This document shows, in pieces, positions 29,737-41,028 of a DNA stretch of 64,000 bases. How positions within the stretch are numbered: position 1 is the stretch's first letter; the number at the start of each line of letters is the position of its first letter. Under the pieces are notes generated by a model. It was given only the letters and a program-made list of their open reading frames with translations, made no database searches and had not been told where the DNA came from. Source of the stretch: Promethearchaeota archaeon (GTDB lineage Archaea > Asgardarchaeota > Heimdallarchaeia > Hodarchaeales > Hodarchaeaceae); assembly GCA_048938105.1 (NCBI GenBank), contig JBHLMN010000004.1, positions 1-64,000 on the forward strand, given 5' to 3'. Both the position numbers and the translations under genes were made by a program.

Positions 29737-32700
29737 TTGTGGGTGAAAGTTGTGAGTAATTATAAGATGAAAATTAAATCTACTAATTTTAATGGATCTA
29801 AACTCCAATCGTGCAGATTAAAAGTGTTTAAGAGAAAAATGACTCATATTTCCACTAAAGGAAAAGGAATACTATTCATTTTCTCTCTCTTAACGATTTG
29901 GGTCATTTATCCCGATACTTTTGAAGTAGTACCAGTAGAGGGTTATACAGGCAGCTATTCTGATGATTTCACATCTTCTACATATAAGGATTTAGCTAAC
30001 ACGAATGTTACTGGGTGGGAAGAAACTTATGACTCACATATACCTGGTAGTGGTCATTTGAATCTATCAGGTTATGTTTATGTGAATCAAGTTTTGTGTG
30101 ATGCAATCAACCAGTACGGGTCTTGGGCTGGGATATTCGTTGAGTTTTATAGTCAATCATTCTCTAGTATTGCTCGGATCTATTATGAATTTGCTGCTAG
30201 TGGTCAAGATTCGGATTTTAATTGGCCTTACAAGATTAAAGTGTATAATCAGACTGGTAACTGGTTAAATTTTAATCGGGATGTCTTTCAAGATTATATA
30301 GATCAACATGGGGGCAATCCTTATGAGGTAGAACAAATTGGGATAGTTTTTTGCGTATTTGCAAGGGATGGTGGGGATTTCGGTGATAGAGGAGTTTCAG
30401 AAGCATATTTCGATGATTGGACTCTGCGAGGTCATTCAGTTGCTAATGGTGATTTTGAATTGGGAGCGACTGGGGATTGGGAATTAATCTATTTTGATCA
30501 AGGATATGATTATTTATATGAAGTTAATCAAGATAATCCTCACTCTGACCAATCCTCATATTATATTTATACAGAATCTTATCGGATCGGAGCCGATTCC
30601 GAGAATGAACGTAATTGTCATATTTATGTTGGCCAAAATGTCACTCTCAATACAAATAATAATTTTATTACACTTCCCCGGAAGACTCCTGAACTTATAG
30701 GAGCATTTAACACACCTAATAATGCCAAAGATGTTGTGGTTGAAGGAAATTATGCATACGTGGCTGATGATAATCAGGTTGGAGGGATTCAAGTCATTGA
30801 CATCTCTGATCCCAAAAATCCAAGCTTAGCGGGTTGTTATAATGCTAATGAAACAGCTTATAACGGTATTGATGTAGCAGGTGATTATGCTTATGTTGCT
30901 ACGGATTTACTTGGCATTTTGGTATTAAACATAACTGATCCATCTACACCAGAGTATATAACGAATGTTGCTGTACCAGGTGAACCTCAAAAAGTAATTG
31001 CGATGGGAACAGAATTATTTATAGCATCAAAAGCTGACCCAACAGGACAAGGGAATGGATCACATATTGTTGATATTTCAATTCCTACAACCCCTCAGCT
31101 GACAGATTCATACAGCACATCAGGTAATGCAATGGATGTATGTGTACCTGCTTCATATTTTATTTTAAATGCGGATACATTAGATGGATTAATAAGAAGC
31201 TGGGGGAGTGCTAATAATTCAGCTATGGGGGCTGCATACGGATTAGATTTTAAAGGTGATCATGCCTTTGTTTCAGGAGAAAATGGGTTCTATATCATAA
31301 ATATCAATAATCAATATCAATTTTCTGTAGTTGGAAAGTATTTAACAACAGATACAGCCACCCATGTTTCCGTTTATGGTGATTATGCATATGTCACACT
31401 GGGCTATAGCGGATTAGAAGTCATAAACATTCGAGATCTAAAAAACCCTTATTCAGTGGGAATGTATAACACCCCTGGTAAATGTCAAAGAGTGAAAATC
31501 GTTGGAAGTCATGCTTTTCTTGCTGCTGGTGGAGATGGTCTCCAAATATTAGCTATTAATGAAATTGTAAGTCCTAGCCTAGCTGCATCTTATGATAGCT
31601 CTAATGCTTTGGATCTTACGCTAGATGGAGACTATGCTTATTTTATCGACGCAATAGATGGAAGATACGTAATTAACATAAGTGATCCAACAAGCCCTAG
31701 TTATGTAACAAACTACCCTGTCTATGACGGTCCTCCAGCGGAACCCTGTTGTATTGCTGTTATGCATAATTTTGTATATATTGGATATTATCAGCAAAGC
31801 GATCTTATTTCATTCGATATTACGAATATATACGATTGGACTATGATAGGTTATAATTCTCCCCCAGGTAACGATATTTATTCATATGAGAATTTTGTTT
31901 TTGGAAGATATTTATATCAAGCCAATAAAAGAGGAGGTTTGCAGTGTTATAATAGCAGTACCCCGTGGGCAGGTAGCCCTCAATCGCTTGGTAGTTATGA
32001 TATAGGTGAAATTGATCTTTATGGGGTTTTTGTGACCGGAACTTATGCTTATCTTGCATATAGTCATATGGGCTTATATATTCTTAATATTGCCAATTGG
32101 CAGGTTAATCCTCAAAATAAAACTAATGAGCTTCCCCCAAGGTTGCTAGGGAGTGTTGATATAGGCTCACCTGGAATTGCCACGAAAGTTTTTGTTTCGG
32201 GAGATATTGCATATATTGCTGCACAGACTGAGGGGCTAAAGATCGTTAATGTCAGTGACCCCACTAATCCCTTTGTTATTACTTCTTATGATACTCCAGG
32301 CGTTGCTGTGGATGTATTTGTGCAAGGAGATTGTGCGTTTGTAGCGGATGGTCCATATGGTCTCTATGTAATTGATATAAGCGTTCCCAGTAATCCCACA
32401 TTAATTGGATCTTATGATACCTCTGGTGAGGCGAATTCAGTTATTGTGGAGGGGGACTATGCCTATGTAGCTGATAAAGGGGGTGGTTTACAGATCATCG
32501 AGGTAAGTCAAAATCTTGGACAAAAATTCAAATCTTTCGCCAGTGCCCAATCTACATTAGTTCATGATAGTGGTTCATCCCAGTTATTTAGTACCGCAAC
32601 ATTAAATCCGTTTGATTACGTGCCTTCAGGAACATCGATTACTTATGAACTCTCCCCTGATAATGGGGTGCATTGGGAACAGGTTACTCCTGGAGTTGAG

Positions 32701-34872
32701 CATATATTTTCTAATGAGGGGCATCAATTACTATGGAGGGCAAATTTAACCACAACAGATGATTTGACAACTCCAGTAATCTTTGATATTAGAATAGACT
32801 ATGATACTAATCTTATGCAACCATCATTAATATCCCCTGCAGATGCATTCACATATGATAATAATACTCCCAGTTTCGAGTGGGGATTTGTTACCAATGC
32901 AACTAGTTATCTTTTTCAGCTTGATACATCTACAAATTTTAATACACTAAATCTCATTAACGAAACAGTTACTGGTCTTGCTTATACCCATAGTTCTCCC
33001 TTAACAGAAGATACATGGTATTGGCGTGTTGCGGGGATTGATTCAACTGATGACTTAGGAGATTTTTCTGAAATTCATTCATTTCAAATTATACTAGCTC
33101 CTCCCCAGCTAGGATCTCCTAAAGATTTCTCTTTGAATGCTGGTGAAAGGGTTTCCATCATCTGGGGTGTAATAGATAATTATCCATCAAATTATACCGT
33201 TTATCGTAATGGATCCATCCATCAACAAGGTGTTTGGACTTCTTCCGTACTAGTATGGCTAGATACATTAGAAGTGGGAGTTCACGAGTTCACTTGTGTT
33301 GTGGAAAACATTTTTGGTAAGACTGATTCTGATGATGTGATAATTACCATTCTACCAGCCCTGCCAGATACAACACCTCCCAACATTACAAGTCCTGAAA
33401 ATATTGTATTTGAAGAAGGTAGTATTGGTTATTCGATTATTTGGAAAGGTTCTGATGACCGTTCTCCTTGGTGGGTAAAAATTAGGAAAGATGGATCTCT
33501 GATAATTGATAAGGGCTGGTTGGGGGAAGATATTGAAGTTTCACTTGATGGACTAACTCAAGGGCTTTATGAGTACAATTGCACATTATTGGATCAAGAA
33601 GGAAACTCCGTTTCTGATATCGTGATGGTGAGTGTAACAGAAGCAGTTCCTGACACTGAACCACCAGAAATTGTACCCCCTAGCCCGATGGAATATGAAG
33701 AGGGTTCCATAAACCATTATCTGTACTGGATCTGTACTGATGACCATCCATTTGCTTATAGCATGATTATAAATGGTACAGAGATTGAATATGGGCCTTG
33801 GCATGGTGAGAATCTAAACCAAAGTGCTGATGGTCTAGATCGAGGTATATGGGAGTTTAAATTAATAATCTGGGATCTATCGCAACATAACGACACAGAG
33901 ACTGTGCTAGTTACAGTCGTTCCCGATACAACTCCTCCTGAAGTAAGCCAACCAGCTGATCTATTAATTGCAGAAAATATGTTCGGATCGATAATATGGG
34001 AAGTATTCGATGATAATCCATCAAATTATGAAATTGTGAGAAATCAAACGCTTACTGTATCATCTGGCCCATGGATGTCAGGCATTCTTCAATATTCCTT
34101 TACTTCATTACCAATAGGATCCTGGGAATTTACACTTACTGTTTGGGATCAATCAAATTTAGCTGCAACAAGTACTGTTAATGTTAAGGTCATTCCTCTG
34201 AGTTCTTATGATACCTCTCCTCCTTTAATCTCTCATCTTCCTGATAGACAGATAACTTTTGGTACAACAGGAAATATTCTGACATGTCACCTTTTTGATG
34301 ATCACCCTCAAATCTATCGAATCTATCTTGATGATGTGCAGGTATTAGAAACATTATGGACAATTCCAAATGTTGAAGTCGATTTTAGTTTAGATGGATT
34401 AAGTATTGGACAGTTTGAGTTTAAAATCGTTGCCTGGGACCTATTTGATAATTCAGCAACCCAATCTGCAACGATAACTATCTTAGGAGATATCACTTCT
34501 CCCACAATTTCTTCACCTCCTGATATTGTAGCTTCTGAGGGACACTATGATGATATTTCCTGGGAGGTTTATGATGAGACTCCTCATCGTTATGAGATAA
34601 TTTCACTCCCAGATGGAGATATCATCGAAGAAGGACCTTGGTCGAATAATCTTATTGAATTAGATGTGTCAAATTTCACTGAAGGCATCTATATGGTTCG
34701 TTGCATAGTTTATGATGCTTCAGGGAATTTTGCTTTTGATGATGTAAAAATTACTATTCGTACGAGTGAGTCTGCACCTAGTTTCAATTTTCTTATTGTT
34801 GTACCTGTTCTTTTCATCCTTATTATGATAAGGAGAGACTTTTTTGAGAATAAGAGGAGGCGAACTAAATGA
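29737..34872 (+). CDS. Giant surface protein: LVIVD beta-propeller repeats, Ig-like repeats and C-terminal TM anchor
   Basis: Many G.YAYVAD...GLQIIDISDP..P...GSYDT repeats; DTTPP...G.YEF....D..GN Ig-like repeats; APSF + TM + basic tail; true start probably 29839. Confidence 0.9.
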   Translation: MWVKVVSNYKMKIKSTNFNGSKLQSCRLKVFKRKMTHISTKGKGILFIFSLLTIWVIYPDTFEVVPVEGYTGSYSDDFTSSTYKDLANTNVTGWEETYDSHIPGSGHLNLSGYVYVNQVLCDAINQYGSWAGIFVEFYSQSFSSIARIYYEFAASGQDSDFNWPYKIKVYNQTGNWLNFNRDVFQDYIDQHGGNPYEVEQIGIVFCVFARDGGDFGDRGVSEAYFDDWTLRGHSVANGDFELGATGDWELIYFDQGYDYLYEVNQDNPHSDQSSYYIYTESYRIGADSENERNCHIYVGQNVTLNTNNNFITLPRKTPELIGAFNTPNNAKDVVVEGNYAYVADDNQVGGIQVIDISDPKNPSLAGCYNANETAYNGIDVAGDYAYVATDLLGILVLNITDPSTPEYITNVAVPGEPQKVIAMGTELFIASKADPTGQGNGSHIVDISIPTTPQLTDSYSTSGNAMDVCVPASYFILNADTLDGLIRSWGSANNSAMGAAYGLDFKGDHAFVSGENGFYIININNQYQFSVVGKYLTTDTATHVSVYGDYAYVTLGYSGLEVINIRDLKNPYSVGMYNTPGKCQRVKIVGSHAFLAAGGDGLQILAINEIVSPSLAASYDSSNALDLTLDGDYAYFIDAIDGRYVINISDPTSPSYVTNYPVYDGPPAEPCCIAVMHNFVYIGYYQQSDLISFDITNIYDWTMIGYNSPPGNDIYSYENFVFGRYLYQANKRGGLQCYNSSTPWAGSPQSLGSYDIGEIDLYGVFVTGTYAYLAYSHMGLYILNIANWQVNPQNKTNELPPRLLGSVDIGSPGIATKVFVSGDIAYIAAQTEGLKIVNVSDPTNPFVITSYDTPGVAVDVFVQGDCAFVADGPYGLYVIDISVPSNPTLIGSYDTSGEANSVIVEGDYAYVADKGGGLQIIEVSQNLGQKFKSFASAQSTLVHDSGSSQLFSTATLNPFDYVPSGTSITYELSPDNGVHWEQVTPGVEHIFSNEGHQLLWRANLTTTDDLTTPVIFDIRIDYDTNLMQPSLISPADAFTYDNNTPSFEWGFVTNATSYLFQLDTSTNFNTLNLINETVTGLAYTHSSPLTEDTWYWRVAGIDSTDDLGDFSEIHSFQIILAPPQLGSPKDFSLNAGERVSIIWGVIDNYPSNYTVYRNGSIHQQGVWTSSVLVWLDTLEVGVHEFTCVVENIFGKTDSDDVIITILPALPDTTPPNITSPENIVFEEGSIGYSIIWKGSDDRSPWWVKIRKDGSLIIDKGWLGEDIEVSLDGLTQGLYEYNCTLLDQEGNSVSDIVMVSVTEAVPDTEPPEIVPPSPMEYEEGSINHYLYWICTDDHPFAYSMIINGTEIEYGPWHGENLNQSADGLDRGIWEFKLIIWDLSQHNDTETVLVTVVPDTTPPEVSQPADLLIAENMFGSIIWEVFDDNPSNYEIVRNQTLTVSSGPWMSGILQYSFTSLPIGSWEFTLTVWDQSNLAATSTVNVKVIPLSSYDTSPPLISHLPDRQITFGTTGNILTCHLFDDHPQIYRIYLDDVQVLETLWTIPNVEVDFSLDGLSIGQFEFKIVAWDLFDNSATQSATITILGDITSPTISSPPDIVASEGHYDDISWEVYDETPHRYEIISLPDGDIIEEGPWSNNLIELDVSNFTEGIYMVRCIVYDASGNFAFDDVKITIRTSESAPSFNFLIVVPVLFILIMIRRDFFENKRRRTK

Positions 34873-37800
34873 GAAGTCATATAAGACATTATAATCGAAA
34901 TTCCTATCGAATTCAGTTAATTTTAAGTTGCTTACTTTTATTGATCCTAATTTATTCTATTCCATCAGGTATTTCACAAAGATCCAAATTAGACTTAATT
35001 ACTACCTCAAAATTTGAAGAAATAACAAATGAGAGTTTTAATTATGAAAAAATGACTCAAAAAGCGTATAACTATCTGGAGAATCATTGGAATCCACAAA
35101 AGACAGCACAATCTTGGATATCTGATGATCTTCCAACAATGGAGGATGCTTTTAGATCAACATTTTTCGATAATATGCTTGAAAGTGCTATAAGTAATGA
35201 ACTACAAACTACTACCTCTTCTCAACCTAGAAGTCATATTTCGACTAAAATAACGCCCCTTAGTGAGGGGGGCGAAGTAGTCGAACATACACAAATCTCT
35301 GGGAAACCCAAAATAAGACTTGATGTGTTTAATCAGTCTATTCTAGATGATATTATAATTCCTGTGCGTTCAATCTCTGATATCAAGGTTTTCCAACCTG
35401 AATATACAACCGTTGAAAAAGAAGTGAAAATTGGATTTGAATTTGATCTCCCAAAAATTGATGAAGAAATAATCTTTAAGTTCTCAATATTCAGATTTCG
35501 AGCTTGGGCAAAGTTTGAATTCCGAGTACACTTTGTTTTTCCAGTGAAATTAAGGATTACATACCCTGTGGAAGTTATTGAAGGGTATCCTTATGATTTC
35601 ACCTGTCAAATGATTCCATGGAACCTCCCCAGCTATAATGAATTTGAATTCTTGCTTGATTTTGATTTTGGAGCAGCTGCTGAAATAAAAGTATTCGGGG
35701 CATGGAGAAAACTAGTTGGGAAGAGTTTAGCATTTAATTTTCATAAAGCTAAGACTTTTACAACTCCTCTCGGTAAAACACCCATGAAAATAGGATTACC
35801 TGATATCGACATTATCGAAAAATATATTGATTATTATTTGGAAGAAAATGAGGAAAATGTTTCTAAGAGAACAGGCAATGTTCTGAAGATTCTGAAAAAT
35901 GTTGTCGGAGCAGGTATTGGTTTAGGAACTATAAATTTTTATGGAGATATGGTTTCAGCGAAGCTAGGAGTATATACTGATATTAAAAAAATTGGGAAAA
36001 GGGGTGTTGCATGGACAAAAGCAGATGAAAAAAGAAGTTTTCGTTTCTCAATTGCACAAGCAACTGGGGAGGCTATTGCTAAATTCGTAAAATTTGAGAT
36101 AACAGATCTTCTCTATCATTTGAGAGTGACATGGAGACCAAATCTATTTTTTACTTTCAAGAATATTAAATACTTTGGAATTAAGGTTCCTTTGAAAGAT
36201 TGGCTAGGTGAATATCGTCTTCATCTTCCCGAAATCCCTATTGGAAAAATTTGGCTTATTCCCTCTTTATTTTCATATTCAACATCAGGATCATATACAA
36301 CAGCTTGGGATGCTTATGGTTTTTCAGCAACTTTCGAGGAACTTCCTCCATATGAAGGTCAGGGAATCCTATCTAATATTAGAGTTCATGATTATATGTA
36401 TAAAGTTAAGGTGAGAAATCTTGGAACTAGAACAGATTTAATTCGCCTTGAAGTTTTGAATCTACCTCCTGGATATAAAGTATTTACAAATAGTGACTCT
36501 AAATATTTTACTATAAGTCCAACTGCTAGAGAAATTGATGTGGTCATTTCCGCGCCTGATCGAATTAGTGTTCCACCTGGGCCATGGAAGCTTAGCTTCA
36601 AGGTCACTAGTATATCCCTAGAGATTCTTAAATACTCTACTCCCTCCATCTCATCTCAAGAATTCCAGATTGAGATTCCACATATTATAGATATGGATTT
36701 TGAATTGGATCATGATATGGCTAACATTTTCAATGTCACACGACAAAAATACAATTCAATTGCATTCTATGGTGGAAATGGAGGCAATTTAAACGATACA
36801 ATAATTGTTAATGCGTCTTTAATTACTGATAGAGGCAATCGAACCTTGTTGAGGAGTTTTAAATTAGATCCGTGGGCTTCAGGGCCAGGAGAACATTTTC
36901 AAGGCGAATTTGGTTTTTATTTTGACCTGAATAATCTTTATCCATCTCCAGGGTACTACTTATTTGAGATTCAAGCAAGAAGTGCGAGAGATCCTAATGT
37001 TCAAATAGAATATAAATTCTTTATGGATTTCCCTCAAGTACATAGTGTTATAGCGGAACTTACACCAAAGAATGTTACGATATTTGCAGATTGGGGTGCT
37101 ACATTTACATTACAAGTTAATAATACAGGTAATTATTGGGATAATTTCTCTCTCATATGCAATGCAGGTGATTTAGATGGATATCTTGATTTTCCTGATG
37201 AAATCTTGAATCTTGGATTTTTAGAAGTGGAAGAAGTGTCTATCGTCTTGGCTATCCCTGATCCTAGTATTATCCCTGCTATGGTTGCTAATATGCGAAT
37301 AATCACCCAGTCTCAGGGAAAACAATCAGTGTACGAGGCTGAATATGCTAATACCAAGATATTAGAAGCTGATGATGTACCCCCTGGTATTAACTATATT
37401 GAACCTATGTTTAGTTCAGATAATTTAACGTTACCACAATCATTATTAACTCTTGGACCCAGCTGGAAAGCTATAGATGAGTATCCTGGTCCTGGAGCTT
37501 ATACCATTTATATCGATGGGATTGTACCTGCAGAATCGTGGGCTACTGGTTCATGGAGTATGGATATTCCCGTTCAAGTTCCCATGACTGATATATACTC
37601 TCTTCCAATCGGTATTTATAACGTGACGATTGAATTCTCCGATGAGGCTGGAAATACTGCAACAGATCAAGTTTGGGTTAATATTACTTCTCCTGACAAT
37701 ACTTTACCAATCCTAACCCCAATAACCACTGGAATTTCTTTTCCAATTAATTTTGTAAATGAGAGATTAATCAGTTGGTATTGTGAGGAAGCTTATCCTT

Positions 37801-39536
37801 TAAATTTAATAGCGCTTTTAGATGATATCGAAATCCCAGATTCAGATCTCTTTACTACTCAATATGATGTACATTCAAAAAGCTGGATAACAAGTTGTAT
37901 TTTAAAGCCAGGGACTTTACCTGTTGGTACATATAATTTTACTGTTATCCTTCAAGATATGGGTGACAATATCGTTATTTCAAGTATTTTTGTTGATATT
38001 ACTACCTCAGATAATGAGGTTCCAATAATGATTGGAACTACTCCGTTATCCGTTGCAATACATGGTCAAGATGAAACTGTTTCAATTAATTTCACTGATG
38101 ATAATCCTGATAATTATGAATTCTGGATAAATTCAATACTAGAGGATTCAGGACATTGGGAAGCTGGTGTTGCCCTAAGCTATGAAGCAGAGTCGCTAAG
38201 CTCAAATGTTGGAGAGAATAATTTTACTTTTGTAGTTTATGACCTTGCTGGTCACCAAACTACACATCAATGGACATTTACTTGGAGAGATCTCGACCCC
38301 CCCACAGTTCTTATTACTCCAACAGACTCAACTTTTTATGAGCATAATATTACTCAAGCAATGGCCCCATATTGGATGTTAGAAGACTATGATATACGAC
38401 CTGGCAGTTATAAAATTTATAAGAATAATATAGTGGTAGAAGAAGGAATATGGAATCGAGGTAATGGAACTATCTTCATTCCAACTGTAAATATTACCCC
38501 TGGTATATATGAATTCCACGCTGAATTTCGTGATGCTACAGGTAATCTATTCCCAAGTCCTAGTGTGACATTAAGCATCCTAGATATTTTAGATCCTTTT
38601 ATTTTACCTATAGAATCAATTGATTATGAACCTCCTTTTGCTCCTAGTTGGTTTGAATTCATTGTTGTGGAATCATATTTGAGTAATTATCAGCTTTATA
38701 TAAATGATATTATGGTTCAAGAGGATACTATATCATCAGATTTTCCCATTCTCTTTATAAATCTTGAAGAAACCTTACCAGGTGATTACAACTATACTTT
38801 AATTGTAACAGATGAATCAGGAAATATTGGAAAAGAATCTGTATCTGTTCAAATGCATGATTATACTCCACCTTTGATAAGAATCCCAGCTAATATAATT
38901 TATTCAGAAGGTACAACAGGACATGCAATTTTGTGGGAGATTATAGAAGCTAATCCACTTAACTATTCAGTATATTGTAATGGAGCCCTCATTACTTCTG
39001 GAACTGATCTCTCATTAAATTTCACTCTCTCCGTGGATGGGTTAACATTAGGAAGTTATGAGTATGTAATCCTAGTATATGATGAATCAGGTATGTCTCA
39101 TACCAGCTCTTGTTATGTGACGGTTGTAGATGTTACAAAACCTGCCCTAATACACGTTGGTGATTGTAGGTTCGTTTCAGGAGACGAAAACGCGGAAATT
39201 ATCTGGCGAGTGGATGACCCTCACCCAGAGTCCTATACCATCTTCCTCGATGGGGAAACACTTCTTGAAGAAACATGGAATGGAAACGATATCACACTAA
39301 GCTTAATAGGATGGTCTCCAAACAACTACACACTTCGCTTACAAGTCTTTGATACATCAGGTAACCATGCAAATGACGAGATTAAAGTTGAAATAATTGA
39401 ATTTGAAAATGAAGAAGAATATGTGGAAATAGCTACAGCCTTTTCTTTGCCTTTTGTATTGATATGCTTGATGGTCCTTAGGGTGATTAATAAGAGCAGA
39501 AATAGAGAGGATAGAATAAAAAAATTATATGATTGA
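34869..39536 (+). CDS. Giant surface protein with Ig-like repeats and C-terminal TM anchor
   Basis: Signal peptide, unique beta-rich N-terminal half, repeated D..PP / G.YN.T....D..GN modules, C-terminal TM + basic tail; ATGA overlap with the upstream gene. Confidence 0.88.
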   Translation: MRSHIRHYNRNSYRIQLILSCLLLLILIYSIPSGISQRSKLDLITTSKFEEITNESFNYEKMTQKAYNYLENHWNPQKTAQSWISDDLPTMEDAFRSTFFDNMLESAISNELQTTTSSQPRSHISTKITPLSEGGEVVEHTQISGKPKIRLDVFNQSILDDIIIPVRSISDIKVFQPEYTTVEKEVKIGFEFDLPKIDEEIIFKFSIFRFRAWAKFEFRVHFVFPVKLRITYPVEVIEGYPYDFTCQMIPWNLPSYNEFEFLLDFDFGAAAEIKVFGAWRKLVGKSLAFNFHKAKTFTTPLGKTPMKIGLPDIDIIEKYIDYYLEENEENVSKRTGNVLKILKNVVGAGIGLGTINFYGDMVSAKLGVYTDIKKIGKRGVAWTKADEKRSFRFSIAQATGEAIAKFVKFEITDLLYHLRVTWRPNLFFTFKNIKYFGIKVPLKDWLGEYRLHLPEIPIGKIWLIPSLFSYSTSGSYTTAWDAYGFSATFEELPPYEGQGILSNIRVHDYMYKVKVRNLGTRTDLIRLEVLNLPPGYKVFTNSDSKYFTISPTAREIDVVISAPDRISVPPGPWKLSFKVTSISLEILKYSTPSISSQEFQIEIPHIIDMDFELDHDMANIFNVTRQKYNSIAFYGGNGGNLNDTIIVNASLITDRGNRTLLRSFKLDPWASGPGEHFQGEFGFYFDLNNLYPSPGYYLFEIQARSARDPNVQIEYKFFMDFPQVHSVIAELTPKNVTIFADWGATFTLQVNNTGNYWDNFSLICNAGDLDGYLDFPDEILNLGFLEVEEVSIVLAIPDPSIIPAMVANMRIITQSQGKQSVYEAEYANTKILEADDVPPGINYIEPMFSSDNLTLPQSLLTLGPSWKAIDEYPGPGAYTIYIDGIVPAESWATGSWSMDIPVQVPMTDIYSLPIGIYNVTIEFSDEAGNTATDQVWVNITSPDNTLPILTPITTGISFPINFVNERLISWYCEEAYPLNLIALLDDIEIPDSDLFTTQYDVHSKSWITSCILKPGTLPVGTYNFTVILQDMGDNIVISSIFVDITTSDNEVPIMIGTTPLSVAIHGQDETVSINFTDDNPDNYEFWINSILEDSGHWEAGVALSYEAESLSSNVGENNFTFVVYDLAGHQTTHQWTFTWRDLDPPTVLITPTDSTFYEHNITQAMAPYWMLEDYDIRPGSYKIYKNNIVVEEGIWNRGNGTIFIPTVNITPGIYEFHAEFRDATGNLFPSPSVTLSILDILDPFILPIESIDYEPPFAPSWFEFIVVESYLSNYQLYINDIMVQEDTISSDFPILFINLEETLPGDYNYTLIVTDESGNIGKESVSVQMHDYTPPLIRIPANIIYSEGTTGHAILWEIIEANPLNYSVYCNGALITSGTDLSLNFTLSVDGLTLGSYEYVILVYDESGMSHTSSCYVTVVDVTKPALIHVGDCRFVSGDENAEIIWRVDDPHPESYTIFLDGETLLEETWNGNDITLSLIGWSPNNYTLRLQVFDTSGNHANDEIKVEIIEFENEEEYVEIATAFSLPFVLICLMVLRVINKSRNREDRIKKLYD

Positions 39537-39576
39537 AACTTAACTTAAAAAATCAGCTGGGAGAGATAAATCTCAG

Positions 39577-40196
39577 TTAGCCTTTCTTTCTGATGAAACA
39601 AACAACAATTAATGTCGTAATGACTAGGAAAATAACAATGGAAGGAGATACTTGTTGTTCAGTAGTTGTTGTTTCACTGCTTGATGTTTGCTGTGGATTT
39701 GAAGAGGCTGGATTGAGACCGATATTCACTTCATAACCGTCAGATAAGCCATCACCATCAGTATCCCAAACTATTGGTTTAGTGTTGTAATTATGGACTT
39801 CTTGATTGTCTGACAAGCTATCAGTATCAGTATCAGGCACTGCTTGGAGAGTTCCTAAATTATATTCCTCACCATTAGTTAATCCATCTCTATCAAAATC
39901 CTCGCTGGTATCATTGAAGATGTTCATTCTAGCGCATAAAGATAATATTCACTACAAAATATGATGTCCAGAATATCTTAACCAGTGATTTCAACAAGAG
40001 CTGGAGAATACATAATTCGGCCATCTGCAGTATAATTCCATAATCTAAACGTTATCGGAATAATGGGAGGTATTGGAATAATGGGAAAGGCTTCAATTTG
40101 AGATGTGAATAGAAATAAATTTAAGAAAAGTATCAAGGATAATAGACTTCTTTTAGAATTCAAACCAAGAACCCTAACTTGTTTCATAGATTTCAC
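39577..40196 (-). pseudogene. Degraded FG-GAP / thrombospondin type 3-like Ca-binding surface protein
   Basis: Signal peptide + WNY...SPALVEITG*DILDIIFCSEYYLYALE*, then a frameshifted tail with DFDRDGLTNGEE / DTDGDGLSDGYEV repeats, S/T linker and TM anchor. Confidence 0.65.
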
Positions 40197-40335
40197 CCAT
40201 TAAAATTGTCCTAAGTGTATTTAATAAAAACTTCAATAATAATTTAAATTCAGTTAATCTTTCACTATTTTGGATGTTATTAGATTTATCAGATAAAATA
40301 TTCAAGAAAAGACCTTTTTCAGGGATTGAAAGAGA

Positions 40336-41028
40336 ATGATCATTGAAGATAGGAATTTACGTAATAAATACTACATATTTGACTCTAGAAGGCGCGCGGG
40401 GTTTTTACTTGGGCCATATATTGCTTTAGAAGACTTTGATATCCTTTACATAATTCCTAATGGAGGAGTTCCTATTGGATTAGGCTTACTCGAATTTCCT
40501 CTGGTTTCACCCCTGAAAGTGTTTGACCTTTTAATTGTACGAAAAATACAGATTCCAGGAAGCACCGAGGCGGGAATGGGTGCAATTACTCCTGATGGCC
40601 AAATTTTTCTAAATGAACAACTTGTCTCTCGATTGTCAGTAACAAACTATCAGCTAGAACAACAGATTGAAAGGGCAAAACAACAGGTGGAAAAACGGAG
40701 ACGGAGTTTTCAGCTACCCCCCTCGCCAAAAGTGTATGGTAAGAAAGTCTTAATCACTGACGATGGGATCGCTTCTGGTTTCTCAATGTTAGCAGGAGCA
40801 AAATGGTTGAAGAAACTTGGTGCTGAAGCTGTATTAATTGCTGTACCAACAGCACCAATGAGCTCGATAAATCATTTAGAACCACATGCAGACAAGATAA
40901 TTTGTTTAAACATCCGAGATCGCTATCCTTTCGCTGTGGCTGATGCATACAAAGATTGGTATGATTTAACTATGTCAGAGGTTAAAAAATATATTGATGA
41001 GATAAGAATGCTTCAAAAAGTAAGTTAA
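40336..41028 (+). CDS. Phosphoribosyltransferase-family protein
   Basis: IPNGGVP, VRKI..P...EAGMGA, PRPP-binding LITDDGIASG. Confidence 0.88.
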   Translation: MIIEDRNLRNKYYIFDSRRRAGFLLGPYIALEDFDILYIIPNGGVPIGLGLLEFPLVSPLKVFDLLIVRKIQIPGSTEAGMGAITPDGQIFLNEQLVSRLSVTNYQLEQQIERAKQQVEKRRRSFQLPPSPKVYGKKVLITDDGIASGFSMLAGAKWLKKLGAEAVLIAVPTAPMSSINHLEPHADKIICLNIRDRYPFAVADAYKDWYDLTMSEVKKYIDEIRMLQKVS

